DNA of 64,000 bases from Magnetococcales bacterium DC0425bin3 (GCA_002753665.1 PEAP01000005.1:10159-74158); one strand, 5' to 3'. Numbered from the stretch's first letter, positions 54,459 through 64,000 are shown. The notes: generated by a model from the sequence alone, not told the origin. Numbers and translations are program-made.

Positions 54459-57224
54459 ATGGAAGGCTTTGAAAATCATGTTGTTGTCATAAGGAAACCT
54501 TCTTTGAATACCCAACCCCCCCGCGCCATCCGTCTGCAGGACTACACTCCGTATCCGTACCTGGTGCAGCGGATCCGGCTCACCGTCCATCTGGACGAGA
54601 CCCCGGTGCGGGTGGAGAGCCGTCTGGAGATGACGGCCAACCCGGCCATCGCCGGTGGTCCCCATCCCCTGTGGCTGGACGGGGCGGAGCTGGATCTGGC
54701 CGCCCTGGCCCTGGATGATCACTCCATCGATCCGGGTCGTTACGACCGCGGCCGGGAAGGCCTCGAACTGCCGGCCCCGCCGCCGGGGCCGTTCGTGGTG
54801 ACGGTCAGCACCCGGCTGCAGCCGGAGAACAACACCAGCCTGGAGGGGCTCTATCGGGTCAAGGGTCTGTTCTGCACCCAGTGCGAGGCCCAGGGGTTCC
54901 GCAAGATCACCCTGTATCCCGACCGGCCCGACGTGATGGCGCGCTTCACGGTGGAGATCATCGCCCGGCGGGACGCCTGCCCGGTGTTGTTGTCCAACGG
55001 CAATCGCGTCGCCCAGGGCGAACTGGACGGTGGGCGGCACTGGGCGCTGTGGGAGGATCCGTTTCCCAAGCCCAGCTACCTGTTCGCCCTGGTGGCCGGG
55101 GATCTGGCACGCCGCGACGGGGAGTTCATCACCCGCTCCGGCCGGCGGGTGGGATTGGAGTTCTACACCGAGGCGGCCAACGTCGAGCGCTGCGGCCATG
55201 CCCTCCAGTCCCTGCGGGAGGCCATGGCCTGGGACGAGCGACGCTTCGGGCGGGAATACGATCTGGACCTGTACATGGTGGTGGCCACCGACGATTTCAA
55301 CATGGGGGCCATGGAGAACAAGGGCCTCAATATCTTCAATACCCAGTATGTCCTGGCCCGGCCGGAGACCGCCACCGACGACGATTACGAAGGCATCCAG
55401 AGCGTCATCGCCCATGAATACTTCCATAACTGGACCGGCAACCGCATCACCTGCCGGGACTGGTTCCAGTTGAGCCTCAAGGAGGGGCTGACGGTCTTTC
55501 GGGATCAGGAATTCAGCGCCGATTTCATCGATCCCGGCGTGCAGCGGGTGCGGGACGTGCGGCTGCTGCAGACCCAACAATTCGTGGAGCTCGCAGGCCC
55601 CACCGCCCATCCGGTGCAGCCGGATTCCTACGTCGAGATCAACAATTTCTACACCACCACCGTCTACAACAAGGGGGCGGAGGTGGTGCGCATGCTGCAA
55701 ACCCTGCTGGGCCGGGATGGCTTCCGGGCCGGCATGGATCGTTATTTCGAACGCCACGACGGCCAGGCGGTCACGGTGGAGGAGTTCGTCCGGGCCATGG
55801 AGGACGCCAACGGGCGGGACTTCCGGCAGTTCCGCCGCTGGTACCGGCAGGCCGGCACGCCGGTGGTGCGGGCCAGCACCGCCTTCGACGCGGCCCGGGG
55901 GCAATTGACCCTCACCCTGCGCCAAAGCTGTCCGGCCACGCCGGGCCAGCCCACCAAGGAGCCGTTCCACATTCCGGTGGTCATGGGCCTGCTGGACGGC
56001 GCCAGCGGTGCGCCCCTGCCGCTGACTTCGATGGAGGGGGGAGGCCTCCCTCCCCCCTCCGCCGGTGAAAGTCGCGGAGCGACTTTCACGGTCATGTCTC
56101 CCGGGGATGCCCCGGCCGGCGCGGCCGTCCTGGAGCGGGTGCTGGAACTGCGGGAAGAACGTCAGGACTGGACCTTCACCGGTCTGCGCCAGGCGCCCCA
56201 GGTGTCGCTGTTGCGGCATTTTTCCGCCCCGGTGCGGCTGGTGTTCGAGGATGTGCGGGCCGATCCGGCTTTTCTGTGGGGGCATGATCCCGACCCGTAC
56301 AACCGGTGGGCCGCCGGTCAGGAGCTGCTCACCCGCCACATCTTCCGGCTGATGGCCGGGGAGTCCCTCGGGGAGGCGGTGGCGGCCGGCCTGGCGGCGG
56401 CGGCCGGTCGGGTATTGGCCGACGGGCGCCTGGAGCCGGCCATGAAGGCCCTGGCCCTGACCCTGCCGTTCGAAAAATGGCTGCTGGATCGCATGGCGCA
56501 GGCCGATCCGGCGGCGGTGCATCAGGCCCGGAACCGTATCCGCCGGCTGCTGGCCCAGGGGCTGGAACAGCGGCTGCTGGACACCCACGCCGCCCTGGTG
56601 GGCCTCGAGCCCTATCGCTATCACCCGGCCGCCGCCGGCCGCCGTACCCTGAAGAACCACTGCCTGGCCCAACTGGCGTTGCTGGAGCGGCCCGGGCATT
56701 GGAGCCTGGCCTGGGAGCAATTCCGGCACAGTGACAACATGACCGACCAGGCCGCGGCCCTCACCACCCTGGTCCACACCGGCGCTCCCCAGGCCGGAGA
56801 GGCCTTGAAGGACTTCCATCACCGCTGGCGCGAAACCCCGCTGGTGATCAACAAGTGGTTCACCATCCAGGCCACCAACCCCGGGGAGGATTGTTTCAAG
56901 CGGGTGGTGGAACTCACCGAACACGCGGATTTCACCGAACGCAATCCCAACCGGGTGCGGAGTCTCATCGGCGCCTTTTCCGCCGGCAATCCCCACCGCT
57001 TCCACGCTCCCAACGGCGAGGGCTACGAGTTCCTGGCCTATTGGGTGTTGCGGCTGGACAGCCTCAATCCCCAGATCGCCGCCCGCATGGTGGCCCCCCT
57101 GCTGCACTGGCGTCGCTTCGAACCCGTGCGCCAGGAACGCATGCGGTCCGTCCTGTCGGACATCGCCCAGCGCCCGACCCTGTCCCGGGATCTGCTGGAG
57201 ATGGTCGCCAAGGGGCTGGGGTGA
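54459..57224 (+). CDS. pepN: Aminopeptidase N (M1 family)
   Basis: It has GAMENKGLNIFN, HEYFHNWTGNRITCRDWFQLSLKEG and the C-terminal ERAP1-like region. The true start may be TTG 54504. It contains an in-frame 66-bp repeat copy at 56027-56092. Confidence 0.93.
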   Translation: MEGFENHVVVIRKPSLNTQPPRAIRLQDYTPYPYLVQRIRLTVHLDETPVRVESRLEMTANPAIAGGPHPLWLDGAELDLAALALDDHSIDPGRYDRGREGLELPAPPPGPFVVTVSTRLQPENNTSLEGLYRVKGLFCTQCEAQGFRKITLYPDRPDVMARFTVEIIARRDACPVLLSNGNRVAQGELDGGRHWALWEDPFPKPSYLFALVAGDLARRDGEFITRSGRRVGLEFYTEAANVERCGHALQSLREAMAWDERRFGREYDLDLYMVVATDDFNMGAMENKGLNIFNTQYVLARPETATDDDYEGIQSVIAHEYFHNWTGNRITCRDWFQLSLKEGLTVFRDQEFSADFIDPGVQRVRDVRLLQTQQFVELAGPTAHPVQPDSYVEINNFYTTTVYNKGAEVVRMLQTLLGRDGFRAGMDRYFERHDGQAVTVEEFVRAMEDANGRDFRQFRRWYRQAGTPVVRASTAFDAARGQLTLTLRQSCPATPGQPTKEPFHIPVVMGLLDGASGAPLPLTSMEGGGLPPPSAGESRGATFTVMSPGDAPAGAAVLERVLELREERQDWTFTGLRQAPQVSLLRHFSAPVRLVFEDVRADPAFLWGHDPDPYNRWAAGQELLTRHIFRLMAGESLGEAVAAGLAAAAGRVLADGRLEPAMKALALTLPFEKWLLDRMAQADPAAVHQARNRIRRLLAQGLEQRLLDTHAALVGLEPYRYHPAAAGRRTLKNHCLAQLALLERPGHWSLAWEQFRHSDNMTDQAAALTTLVHTGAPQAGEALKDFHHRWRETPLVINKWFTIQATNPGEDCFKRVVELTEHADFTERNPNRVRSLIGAFSAGNPHRFHAPNGEGYEFLAYWVLRLDSLNPQIAARMVAPLLHWRRFEPVRQERMRSVLSDIAQRPTLSRDLLEMVAKGLG
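56027..56092 (+). repeat. BPR copy s (complete, 66 bp, inside pepN, in frame)
   Basis: TTCGATGGAGGGGGGAGGCCTCCCTCCCCCCTCCGCCGGTGAAAGTCGCGGAGCGACTTTCACGGT, translated as SMEGGGLPPPSAGESRGATFTV. Confidence 0.9.
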
Positions 57225-57449
57225 ACCGGGCGGCCCACCAGCGTCACTGGAACGCCATCAGGTTACCAAGGATTTTCCCCGGGCGGATGCCGCTTGTCGC
57301 ACCGGAGCCGATGGACTATCGTGAAGCCTGTGAACAGTTTTTTCCCGGGAAGCCATCTCCTTCAACCGCCAGGATGCCCTGGCCATGGCAGACGGCAGCT
57401 ATCGCGAAGAGCGCATCACCCTGTGAAACGCAGCGAACTGGTGTCCCCC

Positions 57450-57980
57450 TCACTTCTTCGACGGTCCCCAGCGCTTGATGTGGATGTCCGAATAGAGCCG
57501 GTCCATGTGATTGATGTGGGAAAACAGCCAGTCGATCACCATGAAGAAGAGTTCCACCACATAGCTGACGCTTTCGTTGCGCACCCGCTCCTCCACCTCC
57601 AGCACCTTGCTGACGAACCTAGCGTGGGCCGCCTGGTGGTCCGTCACCCCCGGAAAGTTCGTCTGCTGCATGTAGCGCTCCTCCTCCCGGAAATGGGTGG
57701 CGGCGTACTGTTTGAACTCGCCCAGCATCTTGAACAGGGCCTGCCGCTCCTCCGCGGTGGGCCGGCGGCGCTGCATGGTGCGGATCAGCATGTAGAGTTC
57801 GCTGATCATGTCGATCAGCTTCTCATGCTGTCGGTGGAACTGGCGGGGCTCCACCGGCCGCAGTTTCTTCATGAGATTGCTGCGGAACTCCTCCTGGGAC
57901 AGGTCGCGGACATACTCTGCCGCCAGATCTGCGGTGTCGGATTCTTCGTTATTATTTATATTTTTATCTTGATGTTTCAT
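57450..57980 (-). CDS. Hemerythrin-like (bacteriohemerythrin) metal-binding domain protein
   Basis: 176 aa. The His/Glu/Asp ligand pattern is FHRQHEKL..HFREEERYM..HQAAHARF..WLFSHINHMD. Confidence 0.75.
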   Translation of the reverse strand: MKHQDKNINNNEESDTADLAAEYVRDLSQEEFRSNLMKKLRPVEPRQFHRQHEKLIDMISELYMLIRTMQRRRPTAEERQALFKMLGEFKQYAATHFREEERYMQQTNFPGVTDHQAAHARFVSKVLEVEERVRNESVSYVVELFFMVIDWLFSHINHMDRLYSDIHIKRWGPSKK

Positions 57981-58099
57981 GTTCCGCTGACCTCCATCCC
58001 GTTCCGACCTCCGAGTTGCGATGGGATCTTTTCATGATGGGCAAATGATTGTAACGGATCGACGGCCGGATTGACATCGTATTCGATGGTTGCCCCCTT

Positions 58100-60319
58100 T
58101 TATTTGCCCCACGGTTCGAAAACCGCCTCCCAGCCCGGGCCCGGGGGATGCTGACGGAAGCGGAAGCAGCGGTTCAGAAAGACCCGGGAGGGACCATCGT
58201 CCGGCAGCACGGCCAGGACCTTTTCGAAGCAGCCGATCGCCTGCGCGAAATCGCCCTGTGTGTACAGGTCCAATCCCCTGGCGAACAGGGGCAGCAGGTC
58301 GGCCAGGGGCGGGCGCAGTTCCCCCTTGCGGGCCAGCAACTGGTAGAGCCCTTCCGGATGCTTGCGGCCGCGCACCTGAATGGGACCCAGGGGCCGCACA
58401 TCCACCCCATCCTGGACCCGCTGCCAGGTGGATTCCGAAATCAGGATGCCGGTGCCGTAATACTTGTTGGCCCCCTCCAGACGCGAGGCCAGGTTCACCG
58501 CATCGCCGATGATGGTGTAATCTATGCGCTGCCGGCCGCCCATGTTGCCCACCACCATGGGACCGGTATGGACGCCGACGCGCATGAACAGGCGCTGCCA
58601 GGGGATGATGTCCCCCGGACGCTGGCGGATTTCCTCCAGGCAGGCCTGCATGTCCATGGCCGCATGGCAGGCGGCCAGGGCATGGTCCGGCTGGATCAGG
58701 GGCGCGTTCCAGAACGCCATCACCGCATCGCCATGGAACTTGTCGATGGTGCCGTGATGGGCGAGAACCACCCCGGACATGGCGGTCAGATAGCCGTTGA
58801 GCATCTCCACCAGGCGCGGGGCGCTCATGCTTTCGGCAATGCCGGTGAAACCGGACAGATCGGTGAACAGGGCGGTCATCTCCCGTTCCTCGCCTCCCAG
58901 TTTCAATTGGGCGGGATCCCGCACCACGATATCCACCACCGCCGGCGCCAGGTATTGGCTGAAGGCGTCGCGGGTCCAGCGTTTTTCCCGTTCGGAACGG
59001 ACGTGCTGGGGCACCGAGAGGCTCAGGAACAGCAACAGGCAGGCCAGGGTCGGGAAGGACGGATCCACCAGCAGGCGCAGCTCCAGGAAGGCGTTCCAGG
59101 CGGCATACCAGGTGCTGCCCACCACCAGCAGCATGGCCAGGGCCGACCACAGGGCGCCGGAGCGGTTCTGGATCAGCACCATCACCAGCCACAGGATGAC
59201 CACATAGGGCACCGTCAGCCCGTCCACCCAGGCCGGGCGGCGCAGATAGCTGTCCTGGAGCAGTTGCTCCACCATCTGGGCATGGATCTCCACCCCGGGG
59301 ATCTCCCGGCCCAGGGGCGTGAACCGCAGGTCCATCAGACCCTTGGCCGAGGTGCCCACGAACAGGATGTGGCCGGCCACCTGGTCGGGGTCGATGGCGT
59401 TGGCCAGCACCTTCCAGGCGGGAATGTAGCGGGAGGGCTGGGGCTTGCTGTAATGCAGCCACACCTCGCCCCGGGAATCGGTGGCGGCGGTGATCTCCCC
59501 GATGGTGATGGATTCGATGCGCAGAGGGCCGCTGTTGTCGGGACCACCGGCGGTATCGATGCGGATGTTGGCTTCCCCCTGGGCCACCCGCACCGCCTCC
59601 ACCAGCAGGGTCGGGTAGATGTGGTCGCCGAAACGCAGCACCAGCGGCACCTTGCGGATCACGCCATCGTCGTCCAACTTGATGAAACTGAATGCGCCGT
59701 TGCCATCGGCGGCCTCTTCCAGGGCCGGGAGGTTGGTCACGCTGGACGGGAACGGAAACAGCAGGGGCCGGGGATCCGGCCCCCGGATGACGAACCGCGC
59801 CTTCCGGGCCGGCAGGCGCGGGGCGGGCGGTTCCATGCGCGCCATGAAGCCGGTCACCACGCCGCCGGCCTCGGCGAAGGTCCGGGCCAGCACCGCGTCG
59901 TTGTCCGGCAGCCGGTTCAGGAGTTCGGCCAGGGCGGGCTGATCGGGCCACTGCCTGGCCAGGTTGGCGGGCGAGAGCCGGTCCGGCTCGGCGAAGGTGA
60001 TGTCCAGGGCCACCACCCCGGCGCCCATGTCCAGCAGCCGCTCCACCAGCTGCGCCACCTGGGTGCGGGGCCAGGGCCACTGGCCGAGACGACCCAGACT
60101 CTCCTCGTCCAGATCCACGATCCGCACCGGCACCGGCAGGTAGGGGCGGGGATGGAGCCGCTGGAAGGTATCGAAGGTGGCATGGCGCAGACGCGCCAGC
60201 AACGGGGGGTCCAGCCAATAGACGGCCAGGAGCATGACCAGCAGCGCACAGGACAGCGCCACATGCCAGTGGGTCCGCATGGCTTCGGACCACATGTCCC
60301 ACCGGTGCCGGAACGACAT
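58100..60319 (-). CDS. CHASE2 sensor + class III adenylate/guanylate cyclase (+ C-terminal TPR-like tail)
   Basis: 739 aa. The CHASE2 region is VRIVDLDEESLGRLGQWPWPR..VVALDITFAEPDR. TM helices follow, then the cyclase core TALFTDLSGFT..KFHGDAVMAFWNAP..GDAVNLASRLE. Confidence 0.88.
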   Translation of the reverse strand: MSFRHRWDMWSEAMRTHWHVALSCALLVMLLAVYWLDPPLLARLRHATFDTFQRLHPRPYLPVPVRIVDLDEESLGRLGQWPWPRTQVAQLVERLLDMGAGVVALDITFAEPDRLSPANLARQWPDQPALAELLNRLPDNDAVLARTFAEAGGVVTGFMARMEPPAPRLPARKARFVIRGPDPRPLLFPFPSSVTNLPALEEAADGNGAFSFIKLDDDGVIRKVPLVLRFGDHIYPTLLVEAVRVAQGEANIRIDTAGGPDNSGPLRIESITIGEITAATDSRGEVWLHYSKPQPSRYIPAWKVLANAIDPDQVAGHILFVGTSAKGLMDLRFTPLGREIPGVEIHAQMVEQLLQDSYLRRPAWVDGLTVPYVVILWLVMVLIQNRSGALWSALAMLLVVGSTWYAAWNAFLELRLLVDPSFPTLACLLLFLSLSVPQHVRSEREKRWTRDAFSQYLAPAVVDIVVRDPAQLKLGGEEREMTALFTDLSGFTGIAESMSAPRLVEMLNGYLTAMSGVVLAHHGTIDKFHGDAVMAFWNAPLIQPDHALAACHAAMDMQACLEEIRQRPGDIIPWQRLFMRVGVHTGPMVVGNMGGRQRIDYTIIGDAVNLASRLEGANKYYGTGILISESTWQRVQDGVDVRPLGPIQVRGRKHPEGLYQLLARKGELRPPLADLLPLFARGLDLYTQGDFAQAIGCFEKVLAVLPDDGPSRVFLNRCFRFRQHPPGPGWEAVFEPWGK

Positions 60320-60379
60320 GGATGAACTCCCTTCCTTTGGAAAGCCCCCCCGAGCCTGCCGCGGAACGCGGGAGTCGCC

Positions 60380-61510
60380 TCAATCGGAAAACCGGTCACG
60401 CACCGCCAGCACATCGTCCAGATGGTCCATGAACGCCTGCACCACCCGGGGATCGAAATGGGAGCCGCTCTGGCGCCGCAGCAGGTCCAGGGATTTGTCC
60501 ACGCTCCAGGCCTTCTTGTAGGGTCGATCGGAGGTGAGGGCGTCGAACACGTCCACCACGGCGCAGATGCGTCCCTCCAGGGGGATCGCCTCGCCCTTGA
60601 GACCGGCTGGATACCCACTGCCGTCCCATTTTTCGTGGTGGGTCAGGGCGATGGCATGGGCGGTCTGCAACAGTTCCACCCCCTCGGTTTCCAGGATCCT
60701 GGCGCCGATTTCCGAATGCCGCTTCATACTTTCGAATTCCAGCGGATGCAGCTTGCCCGGTTTGAGCAGGATGTTGTCCGGAATGCCGATCTTGCCCAGG
60801 TCGTGCATGGGGACGGCGTTTTCCAGCATGGCCACCCGGTCCGGATCCAGTCCCAGGGCCCGGCCGACGATGCCGGCGTATTTGCTGACCCGGGTGACAT
60901 GGCGGCTGGTTTCGTTGTCCCGGTATTCGGCGGCGCGGCCCAGCCGTTCGATGATCTCCAACTGGGCGCGTTCCAGCTCGGCGGTGCGGCGCCGCACCTG
61001 CTCCTCCAGCCGGCTGGTGAGCATGCGCACCCGCAGGATGCCGGTGATCCGGGGCACCACCTCCAGGGGATCGATGGGCTTCTGCAGAAAATCCTGGGCG
61101 CCGGCCCGCAGGGCGTCCAGACGGACGGCCCGGTCGGTGTGGGCGGTGATGACCACCACCGGGATGTAGGAATTGTCGGCATGGCGCCGCACCGCCGCCA
61201 TCACCTCGCCGCCGCTCAGATGGGGCATCTCCCAATCCAGCAGCAGCAGGTCGCAGGGCTGCTCGGCGTACAGCCGCACCGCCTCCCGGGAATCGGTGGT
61301 GGTGGTGAGATTGGTGAAGCCCTCCCGGGCCAGAATGGTCTCCAGCAGCCGGTTGTTCACCGGCTGGTCGTCCACGATCAGGATCCGGGCCTTGAGGATC
61401 TCTTCGCCACAGTCGAATTGTCGCATCACCGCGATGGTTCCATTGCCGTTGCTGGTCTCTTCCTCCCCCCCGTCGGCTCCGTGGCCCCCCCCCGGGGGCC
61501 CCTGGTCCAC
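60380..61510 (-). CDS. Response regulator receiver + HD-GYP phosphodiesterase (RpfG-type)
   Basis: It has a REC domain (ILIVDDQPVNNRL, LLDWEMPHLSG) and an HD-GYP domain (HDLGKIGIPD, HHEKWDGSGYP). The alternative start is ATG 61426. Confidence 0.88.
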   Translation of the reverse strand: MDQGPPGGGHGADGGEEETSNGNGTIAVMRQFDCGEEILKARILIVDDQPVNNRLLETILAREGFTNLTTTTDSREAVRLYAEQPCDLLLLDWEMPHLSGGEVMAAVRRHADNSYIPVVVITAHTDRAVRLDALRAGAQDFLQKPIDPLEVVPRITGILRVRMLTSRLEEQVRRRTAELERAQLEIIERLGRAAEYRDNETSRHVTRVSKYAGIVGRALGLDPDRVAMLENAVPMHDLGKIGIPDNILLKPGKLHPLEFESMKRHSEIGARILETEGVELLQTAHAIALTHHEKWDGSGYPAGLKGEAIPLEGRICAVVDVFDALTSDRPYKKAWSVDKSLDLLRRQSGSHFDPRVVQAFMDHLDDVLAVRDRFSD

Positions 61511-61511
61511 G

Positions 61512-64000
61512 TCAGCTGATGATATGCCGCACCCGGGGCAGGAAATCGTGGACCACCACCGGTTTGACGGCGAAGTCCACCGCCCCCATGCGGAAGGCCC
61601 GATCCCGGGTTTCGGTCTTCTCGTCCCCGGTGATGAGGATCACCGGAATATGTTCGGTTTCCGGGCGGCGTTTCAGTTCCCGGAGCAGTTGGAAACCGTC
61701 CATGGCCGGCATGGCGATGTCGGTGACCACCAGGTGGGGCAGGTGCATGTCCACCAGGGCCAGGGCCTCGGCACCGCTTTCGGCCTCCATGATCTCCACG
61801 TCCAGGGATTCCAGGAAGGCGCCGATCATCAGCCGGTCCATGGCGCCGTCGTCCACCAGCAGCACCCGGGGCCGCATGGGCGGCAGACGCACGGTGAAGG
61901 TGCTGCCGGCGCCCGGGGTGGACTCCACCGTCAGGCTGCCGCCATGGGCCTCGACGATGTCGAAGCTGAACGGCAGGCCGAAACCGGTGCCGGTCTCCCC
62001 CAGGGTGCCCGGGGTGGAGACCTTTTCCTCCACATGGAACAGCCGGGGAATCACCTCGTCCGGAATGCCCACCCCGTAATCCACCACCGCCAGGGCGGTG
62101 TCGTCGTCCGGCAGGCGCAGCAGTTGGATGCGGCCGCCCGGATGGCTGAACTTGACCGCGTTGGACATCAGGTTGAACAGCACCTCGCCCAGCAGGGTGG
62201 GATCGCCGTACAGACGGGTTTCCTCGGGGATCTGGTTGGTGATCTGCAGGCCCTTCTTGCGGCTGATGAAATCCAGGCGCTGGATCACTTCCTCGCTGAG
62301 GAAATGACCGTCGAAGAAGCTCTTCTCCAGGCGGATCTTGCCCGACTTGAGCCGGCCGATGTTGAGGATTTCCTCGATCATCAGGTTGAGGTTGCGCCCG
62401 GTGGCCAGCACGTCGCTCAGCAGGTCCCGCTGGGTGGGGGACAGGGGCGGGTCCTGATCGTCCCGCAGGAACTCCAGCAGGCTGACGATGGAGCTGATGG
62501 GCGCCCGCAGGTCGTGGGCCACCAGGGAGACGAACTTGTCCTTGAGCCGGCTGGCCTCCTCGGCGGATTCCTTGGCGCGGATCAGGGCGGCTTCGGTTTC
62601 CTTGCGTTTGGTGATGTTGCGGGCCGAGGCCAGCACCGTTTCCTGGTCGTCGCCGCCCGCCAGGCGCAGGTTCACCTCCACCGGAAAGCTGCTGCCGTCC
62701 TGTCGGCGGTGCAGGCCCTCCACCGACAGGGAGCCGGACTCCCGCAGACCCTGCACCAGGGCGTCCCAGTCCTGGGCGCCCCCCAGGGCCAGGGTCTGGA
62801 ACTGCCCGGCCCGCAGCCGGAACAGCTCCTCCCGCCGCATGCCCAGGCTGGTCCAGGCGGTGCCGTTGGCGTCCAGCACCCGGCCGTCGGCGGGATCCAG
62901 GACCAGGAAGGCATCCCCGGACTGGTCCATCAGGTCCCGGAATTTTTTCAGGTCCGCCTCGCGCTTGAGGCGTTCGCTGATGTCCCGATAGGCGCCGATG
63001 AGCTTCTTGCGGCCGCCGGAAACGAACGAGCCGGCGCTGATTTCCACCGGCACCACCGTGCCGTTCTTGTGGCGCAGATGGCAGAGGGGGATGTGATGGC
63101 CGGAACTCAGGTTCTCGGCGCAATCGGCCAGTTGCTTCAGCTCCGACTCCGGCCGGTCGGTGTAGCGGGTGACCTGCATCCGCAGCAGTTCGTGGCGCCG
63201 GTAGCCCAGCATCAGCTCCACCGCCGGATTGCAGTCCTCGATGGTCAGGGTTTCGGCGTCCAGCACCAGGATGCCATCGGTTTCGCCCTCGAACAGGCGG
63301 CGGTAGCGTTCCTCGCTTTCCCGCACGGCCCGCCCCGCCCGGCGCCGCACCGTGACATCGTGTCCCACCCCCAGCACCTCCACCACCATGCCCTGGTGGT
63401 TGCGGATGCCCTTCATGGTCCAGGACACCCACAGCCGGTCGCCGTTGCGGTTGATGATTTCGTATTCCCGGGGAATGGCGGATTCCGGCTGGATGATGAT
63501 CTCGCTCACCACCTGGGTCATCTCGCGGCCGTCCAGGCAGCGCTCCGGCATGATGGTGCCCACCACGCTGCGGCCCTGGATCTCCTCGGCCCGGTAGCCG
63601 AACAGCTCCCGGGCGAAGCGGTTGAAGAAGATCACCCGCCCCATGGTGTCCATGTGCAGGATGATGCTGTTGGCGTTTTCCACCAGCTCCCGGTACTGGT
63701 TTTCCCGCCGGGCCAGGGCGTCCAGGGTGCGTTTTTCGGCGGTGATGTCGATGAAGAAGCCCCGCAGGCCCACCGTGGTCCCGCCTTCGCGCACCAGCAC
63801 GCCCACGGTGCGGGTCCAGACCACCTCGCCGTTGGCGGTCACCAGGCGGCAGGCGAAGGAGAAGTCCAGCCCCTGGGCCAGATGTTCCCGGACCATCGCC
63901 CTCGCCCGGGGCCGATCCTCGGCCTGAATGCGGCCGGACAGCACCTCGAAGGTGGTCCAGCTGTCGGGCGGATAGCCGGTCCAGGGCTGGATGCCGGAGC
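61512..64000 (-). CDS. Hybrid sensor histidine kinase: multiple PAS + HisKA/HATPase + C-terminal receiver; 5' end outside window
   Basis: The H-box is VAHDLRAPISS and the ATP-lid is GTGFGLPFS. The REC domain is VLLVDDGAMDR..VVTDIAMPAMDG. The frame stays open upstream of the listed GTG (..TGYPPDSWTTFEVLSGRIQAEDRP, PAS-like) to the window edge. Confidence 0.88.
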   Translation of the reverse strand, partial: SGIQPWTGYPPDSWTTFEVLSGRIQAEDRPRARAMVREHLAQGLDFSFACRLVTANGEVVWTRTVGVLVREGGTTVGLRGFFIDITAEKRTLDALARRENQYRELVENANSIILHMDTMGRVIFFNRFARELFGYRAEEIQGRSVVGTIMPERCLDGREMTQVVSEIIIQPESAIPREYEIINRNGDRLWVSWTMKGIRNHQGMVVEVLGVGHDVTVRRRAGRAVRESEERYRRLFEGETDGILVLDAETLTIEDCNPAVELMLGYRRHELLRMQVTRYTDRPESELKQLADCAENLSSGHHIPLCHLRHKNGTVVPVEISAGSFVSGGRKKLIGAYRDISERLKREADLKKFRDLMDQSGDAFLVLDPADGRVLDANGTAWTSLGMRREELFRLRAGQFQTLALGGAQDWDALVQGLRESGSLSVEGLHRRQDGSSFPVEVNLRLAGGDDQETVLASARNITKRKETEAALIRAKESAEEASRLKDKFVSLVAHDLRAPISSIVSLLEFLRDDQDPPLSPTQRDLLSDVLATGRNLNLMIEEILNIGRLKSGKIRLEKSFFDGHFLSEEVIQRLDFISRKKGLQITNQIPEETRLYGDPTLLGEVLFNLMSNAVKFSHPGGRIQLLRLPDDDTALAVVDYGVGIPDEVIPRLFHVEEKVSTPGTLGETGTGFGLPFSFDIVEAHGGSLTVESTPGAGSTFTVRLPPMRPRVLLVDDGAMDRLMIGAFLESLDVEIMEAESGAEALALVDMHLPHLVVTDIAMPAMDGFQLLRELKRRPETEHIPVILITGDEKTETRDRAFRMGAVDFAVKPVVVHDFLPRVRHIIS

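Noticed and set aside
54354-57107. 917-aa minus-strand ORF antisense to pepN
   Set aside because: pepN on the plus strand carries GAMEN and HEXXH..E, and the antisense product has no motifs and a GC-skewed composition.
57294-58037. 247-aa plus-strand ORF opposite the hemerythrin-domain gene
   Set aside because: The minus-strand product shows the hemerythrin His/Glu/Asp ligand pattern, and the plus-strand product has none and lacks a convincing start context.
58032-60383. 783-aa minus-strand and 725-aa plus-strand ORFs overlapping the CHASE2-cyclase gene
   Set aside because: They are alternative frames of the same GC-rich region. Only the 58100-60319 frame gives CHASE2 and class III cyclase motifs.

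Overview
This is a 64-kb window from a high-GC, Gram-negative (proteobacterial-type) chromosome. I found no rRNA, tRNA, CRISPR array, transposase or integrase. The core genes are a yejA/yejB-like ABC pair, ppiD, ribF-ileS-lspA and an M16 peptidase pair. They also include a cobalamin-riboswitch-controlled cbiMQO cobalt/nickel transporter, msrPQ, dtd, nucleotide-sugar enzymes and pepN. Several two-component, c-di-GMP and cyclase signalling genes are present as well. Between these lie visibly more AT-rich accessory islets. One holds a Panacea(DUF4065)-type toxin-antitoxin pair (3.5-4.5 kb). Another encodes a single 630-aa HicA-like/XRE/ImmA/DUF433 protein followed by a DUF5615 PIN-like gene (16.2-18.4 kb). 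A third carries three tandem DUF1640-like paralogs that differ only in the number of an 11-residue repeat (33.2-34.5 kb). A fourth is a set of small unknown genes (38-40.8 kb). A fifth is a YjfI/PspA/DUF4178/DUF350 envelope-stress cluster bracketed by AdoMet decarboxylase and a membrane-anchored spermidine-synthase-like enzyme (42.5-48 kb). The last is a Fic cassette bounded by direct repeats, with a decayed DNA-methylase stub, followed by a tightly coupled three-gene operon with no recognisable domains (49.7-54.4 kb). That operon is my best candidate for an undescribed system. About 20 copies of a 65-70 bp bipartite palindromic repeat are spread across the whole window. They lie mostly just upstream of start codons or between cistrons. 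Several copies are read through in frame inside ORFs (pepN, a cbi accessory gene, two island genes). One copy carries a C10 tract that frameshifts an M16 peptidase away from its signal peptide. All functional calls come from by-eye motif recognition in the supplied translations, since no searches could be run.
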